NCBI GenBank assembly: GCA_029256105.1
Contig: JAQSYO010000013.1
Span: 16,023 to 80,022, forward strand
From: Herbinix sp.
GTDB lineage: Bacteria; Bacillota; Clostridia; Lachnospirales; Lachnospiraceae
Reading direction: 5' to 3'
Length of the DNA stretch: 64,000 nucleotides
The translations under genes and the position numbers were made by a program. Position 1 is the first letter of the stretch. Each line of letters starts with the position of its first letter. The notes under the pieces were generated by a model that was not told the origin of the DNA, made no database searches, and saw nothing but the letters and a program-made list of their open reading frames with translations. Positions 60,854-64,000 of this stretch are shown here, in pieces.

Positions 60854-61783
60854 ATGATTAATAATACTCAACAATTACAAGAAGAACTGGCGGAAATAGT
60901 TGCTCGAAATGCTGATGCTGAAGGAACGCAGACTACTAAAATCCCTTCCCTTAGTATTTCTTGTCATACTAAGCCACACTATTCGAATGGAATAATTGAA
61001 CCTTATAAAATAAGTAAGCCATCCATTTATATTGTGGTGCAGGGTATAAAGGATGTAACAGTTGGTGAAGATCATTTTAGATATGGCTCACCATATTATA
61101 TGGTAGCATCAATGGATTTACCAATCATTGCAGAAGTTCATGAAGCATCCAGATTAAAACCAAACTTGTCTATAAAACTTGAGTTTGCACATATTAGTAT
61201 ATTGGAGTTATTAAGCAGTGATGAACTCATGACGAAGATAAAGAAAAAATCGCAACGTAGCTTAAATGTTGCCAGATTAGATGTATCAATGTTAGATGCG
61301 ATAGTGCGGTTAGTTCGACTACTAGAAAAACAGAATGACATTCCAATTCTTTCTCAACTATATATGAAAGAAATTTTATATAAAGTTCTTCACGGAGAGC
61401 ATGGAGAAGCGTTAAGACAAATAGTGACAGATGGAAGCCCTGCGGTTTATATCCAAAAAGCAATTCAATATATAGTGGTGCATTACCAAGATGCATTTAA
61501 TGTGGAACTAATCGCGGATGTTGCAAAAATGAGTGTTCCTTCATTGTATAGACATTTTAAAGAAATTACTGCAATGAGTCCAATTCAATTTCAAAAACAG
61601 TTACGACTTCAGGAGGCGCGAAGATTATTAATTGATGAACCTCTGGATGTTGCCGAAACTGCGTCACTTGTTGGATATGAGAGTACAACACAATTTATAC
61701 GTGAATATTCGCGTATGTTTGGTTTTTCTCCAAGAAAAGATGTCAAGCGTATAAAGGGTCTGGATCAAATTGTGGAAACATAA
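60854..61783 (+). CDS. AraC family regulator with AraC_N domain (YqhC-like)
   Basis: VVQGIK, MSPIQFQKQLRLQEARRLL, VGYESTTQFIREYSRMFG. Confidence 0.92.
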   Translation: MINNTQQLQEELAEIVARNADAEGTQTTKIPSLSISCHTKPHYSNGIIEPYKISKPSIYIVVQGIKDVTVGEDHFRYGSPYYMVASMDLPIIAEVHEASRLKPNLSIKLEFAHISILELLSSDELMTKIKKKSQRSLNVARLDVSMLDAIVRLVRLLEKQNDIPILSQLYMKEILYKVLHGEHGEALRQIVTDGSPAVYIQKAIQYIVVHYQDAFNVELIADVAKMSVPSLYRHFKEITAMSPIQFQKQLRLQEARRLLIDEPLDVAETASLVGYESTTQFIREYSRMFGFSPRKDVKRIKGLDQIVET

Positions 61784-61920
61784 ATGTTATAAAGCGATAT
61801 ATAGTAATAGCAGAGGACGTAATGATGTATATTGATCATTGCGTTCTTTTTATGTTTATTATTTGATTATACTTAATTAAATAAAAATATTAAGTTCAGA
61901 CGCACCCATGAAACATAAAT

Positions 61921-61957
61921 TGATAGGATTAGGCAGTTTGTTGATGAGATCGTGCTA
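61921..61957 (+). promoter_or_regulatory. Putative AraC-type tandem binding site upstream of the AKR gene
   Basis: TGATAGGATTAGGC and TGATGAGATCGTGC half-sites with 21-bp period. Confidence 0.45.
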
Positions 61958-62062
61958 CCATATATTCCTGTAATTGATTTAAAATAATCTTAGCCTCAGG
62001 AGATAATATAGTTGAGGCTGTCACTAAAAAATTAACACATGAAAGAAAATAGGAGGTAGAAT

Positions 62063-63118
62063 ATGCAATATATTAAACTTGGCAATTCTGGACTTGAGGT
62101 ATCACCGATTTGTATTGGATGTATGGGATTTGGAGATCCGTCCCTTGGGCATCCAACATGGGCGCTTGGAGAGGAAGGAAGTAAACCAATTATCAAACAT
62201 GCACTTGATGCGGGAATAAACTTTTTTGATACAGCAAATTTGTATTCACAAGGAACAAGTGAGGTTGTAATCGGAAAACTTCTTAAGGAATATGCAAAAC
62301 GAGAAGAAGTCGTCATAGCTACAAAATTAGGTGCGCCTACACGATCAGGTCCCAACTCATTTGGGCTTTCACGTAAAGCAATAATGACGGAGATTGATAA
62401 TAGTCTGAAACGACTCGGAACTGACTACATTGACTTATACCAAATTCATCGCGCTGATCCATTTACACCATGGGAAGAAACTTTGGAAGCACTCCACGAT
62501 CTTGTAAAGATGGGGAAAGTTCGCTATTTAGGAGCATCCACAATGAGAGCTTGGCAGTTTGCTAAGGCACTTCATATTCAGAAAACACATGGTTGGACAC
62601 GCTTTATCTCAATGCAACATAATTACAATTTAGTCGCTCGTGAGGAAGAGAATGAAATGATTCCACTTTGCGCTGATGAGGGAATTCAAACTATGATTTA
62701 TAGCCCACTGTCCCGTGGAATCCTAGCTCGTTCATGGGGTGAAAAAACAGCTCGTTCTGAGTCCGAAGCGGGTGCTGCAAAATACTTTATGGCAACTGCT
62801 GAAGCTGATGAAAAAATTGTTACTGCGATAGGTCAAGTTGCAGAAGAACGAGGTGTAAGCCGAGCTGCAATTTCTCTTGCATGGCTATATCGTAATCCAG
62901 TTGTTGCTGCCCCAATTGTAGGAGCATTAAAGACAAGTCATATAGACGAAGCACTCAAGGCGCTAGAGATCAACTTAACAAATGAAGAAGTTATCCAAGT
63001 AGAATCCGCATACACTCCTCGAATTGATGTGAATGTAAGAAATTCTGATCCGAAAGCAATAGCTCAAATGGCTGCTACCGTCGGAATCAAAATTGCTTTA
63101 CCTACAGATTTAAAATAA
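62063..63118 (+). CDS. Aldo/keto reductase
   Basis: LGNSGLEVS, FDTANLY, IATK, SLKRLGTDYIDLYQIH, GKVRYLGAS, YSPL. Confidence 0.95.
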   Translation: MQYIKLGNSGLEVSPICIGCMGFGDPSLGHPTWALGEEGSKPIIKHALDAGINFFDTANLYSQGTSEVVIGKLLKEYAKREEVVIATKLGAPTRSGPNSFGLSRKAIMTEIDNSLKRLGTDYIDLYQIHRADPFTPWEETLEALHDLVKMGKVRYLGASTMRAWQFAKALHIQKTHGWTRFISMQHNYNLVAREEENEMIPLCADEGIQTMIYSPLSRGILARSWGEKTARSESEAGAAKYFMATAEADEKIVTAIGQVAEERGVSRAAISLAWLYRNPVVAAPIVGALKTSHIDEALKALEINLTNEEVIQVESAYTPRIDVNVRNSDPKAIAQMAATVGIKIALPTDLK

Positions 63119-63680
63119 TAATTGTATTTGTTCAAACTAGACGGTGGATATCGATGAGAATGAATTATGCTGCATATTTATAGAAAGATATGGCTAAAAT
63201 TGCGAGCATAAATAGTATGAATGAAGAACATTGGGAAAAATATTGAATCTCGTATTCAATTGCTCACCACTGAACCGTAGCAGCACAGGCAGTATTAAAC
63301 AATAAATAATAATTGCGATGGCTATGAGCCTTCGCATAATAAAAGCTCCAGTACATGATTGCATGTACTGGAACTTTTTTGAAGATTAATTTAATAAAAT
63401 GTTTAGGCGGAAAATTAAAGCTATAGAATTGCAAAAATATTGAATGTGGATGTACACTCAAAAGAGTTTTGGAAAATTCATTGAAACCCTATCATATAAA
63501 ATTGGTTGGGTGTTTTGTTATATATAGAAATAGTTTTACATAATATGGTTGAGCTATTAAATTTTATGTTGTACAATCTTATTACAAGATTTTGATATAA
63601 CAAAATAATCTCTCTTTATCAGGCACGAAAAGAGAGGTAGTTTGACATGAAAAAGAGTATATTTTAATTAGGAGATGTAT

Positions 63681-64000
63681 ATGTCACTGGCAGCTGTTGA
63701 TTTGCAAAATGCTGGTAGTAAGGTAATTATTATTTCTGTTAAATATGGATATGATTCTCCCACAGCATTCAATAGAGCTGGAACAATATTAGGATTGTTA
63801 GGTGTAAGTTCCTGCAATGAAGCAAGTAATTGGAGATATTATATCGGAGTTGAAAGCAGTAAGACGTTGGAGGGTAAATTAGAAGAGTTAATTGTTCCGA
63901 AAGCAACGTGGGCTATATTTGCTGGAGAAGGTATTAATCAGTCTATACAAGAGTTAGAAAAACGAATCGTAACAGAATGGCTTCCAACTTCAAGGTATGA
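63681..64000 (+). pseudogene. Internally deleted AraC + GyrI-like (Rob/YdeE-type) regulator, runs off window
   Basis: MSLAAVDLQ..KYGYDSPTAFNRA joins directly to GLLGVS..WRYYIGV..VPKATWAIF..IVTEWLPTSRY; first HTH and linker missing. Confidence 0.7.

Larger units (their letters stand above)
60513..63309. mobile_element. Putative integrated cassette/decayed island at the ppdK 3' end, bounded by 30-bp imperfect direct repeats
   Basis: 60513-60542 GCAGCACAGGCAGTGTTAAATAATAAGTAA vs 63280-63309 GCAGCACAGGCAGTATTAAACAATAAATAA; no integrase inside. Confidence 0.65.

Overview
AT-rich Firmicute chromosome segment, Lachnospiraceae/Clostridia-like judging by gene content. The left half is mostly carbohydrate and energy genes: an ABC sugar transporter + phosphohexomutase + GH94 phosphorylase operon, an MCP, an SH3/NlpC-P60 hydrolase, a ZIP transporter, an orphan Na+-decarboxylase beta/gamma pair divergent from an atypical membrane pyrophosphatase, and a ~17 kb glycan locus (two AraC, GH127, a 'glutaminase A'/DUF4965-type protein, GntR-LacI hybrid, ABC transporter, two GH76, GH38, GH125) that points to alpha-mannan use. 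The right half is housekeeping (hflX, nrdD with a fused glutaredoxin-like domain and NrdR boxes, thyA, folA, ilvE, guaB, dCMP deaminase, pyk, purH, csp, M16 peptidase, era-yqzL-recO, glyS, ppdK). After ppdK comes a ~2.8 kb AraC + aldo-keto reductase cassette bounded by a synonymous duplicate of the last 30 bp of ppdK (att-like scar), then a deleted AraC/GyrI pseudogene. Several non-coding repeats stand out: a 15 x 16-bp array, a 2.5 x 127-bp three-hairpin array before hflX, a palindromic 21-bp repeat at yqzL/recO, and IS-end-like hairpins. I saw no rRNA, tRNA, CRISPR, integrase or transposase. Coordinates were counted by eye and family calls come from motif recognition, not database searches.
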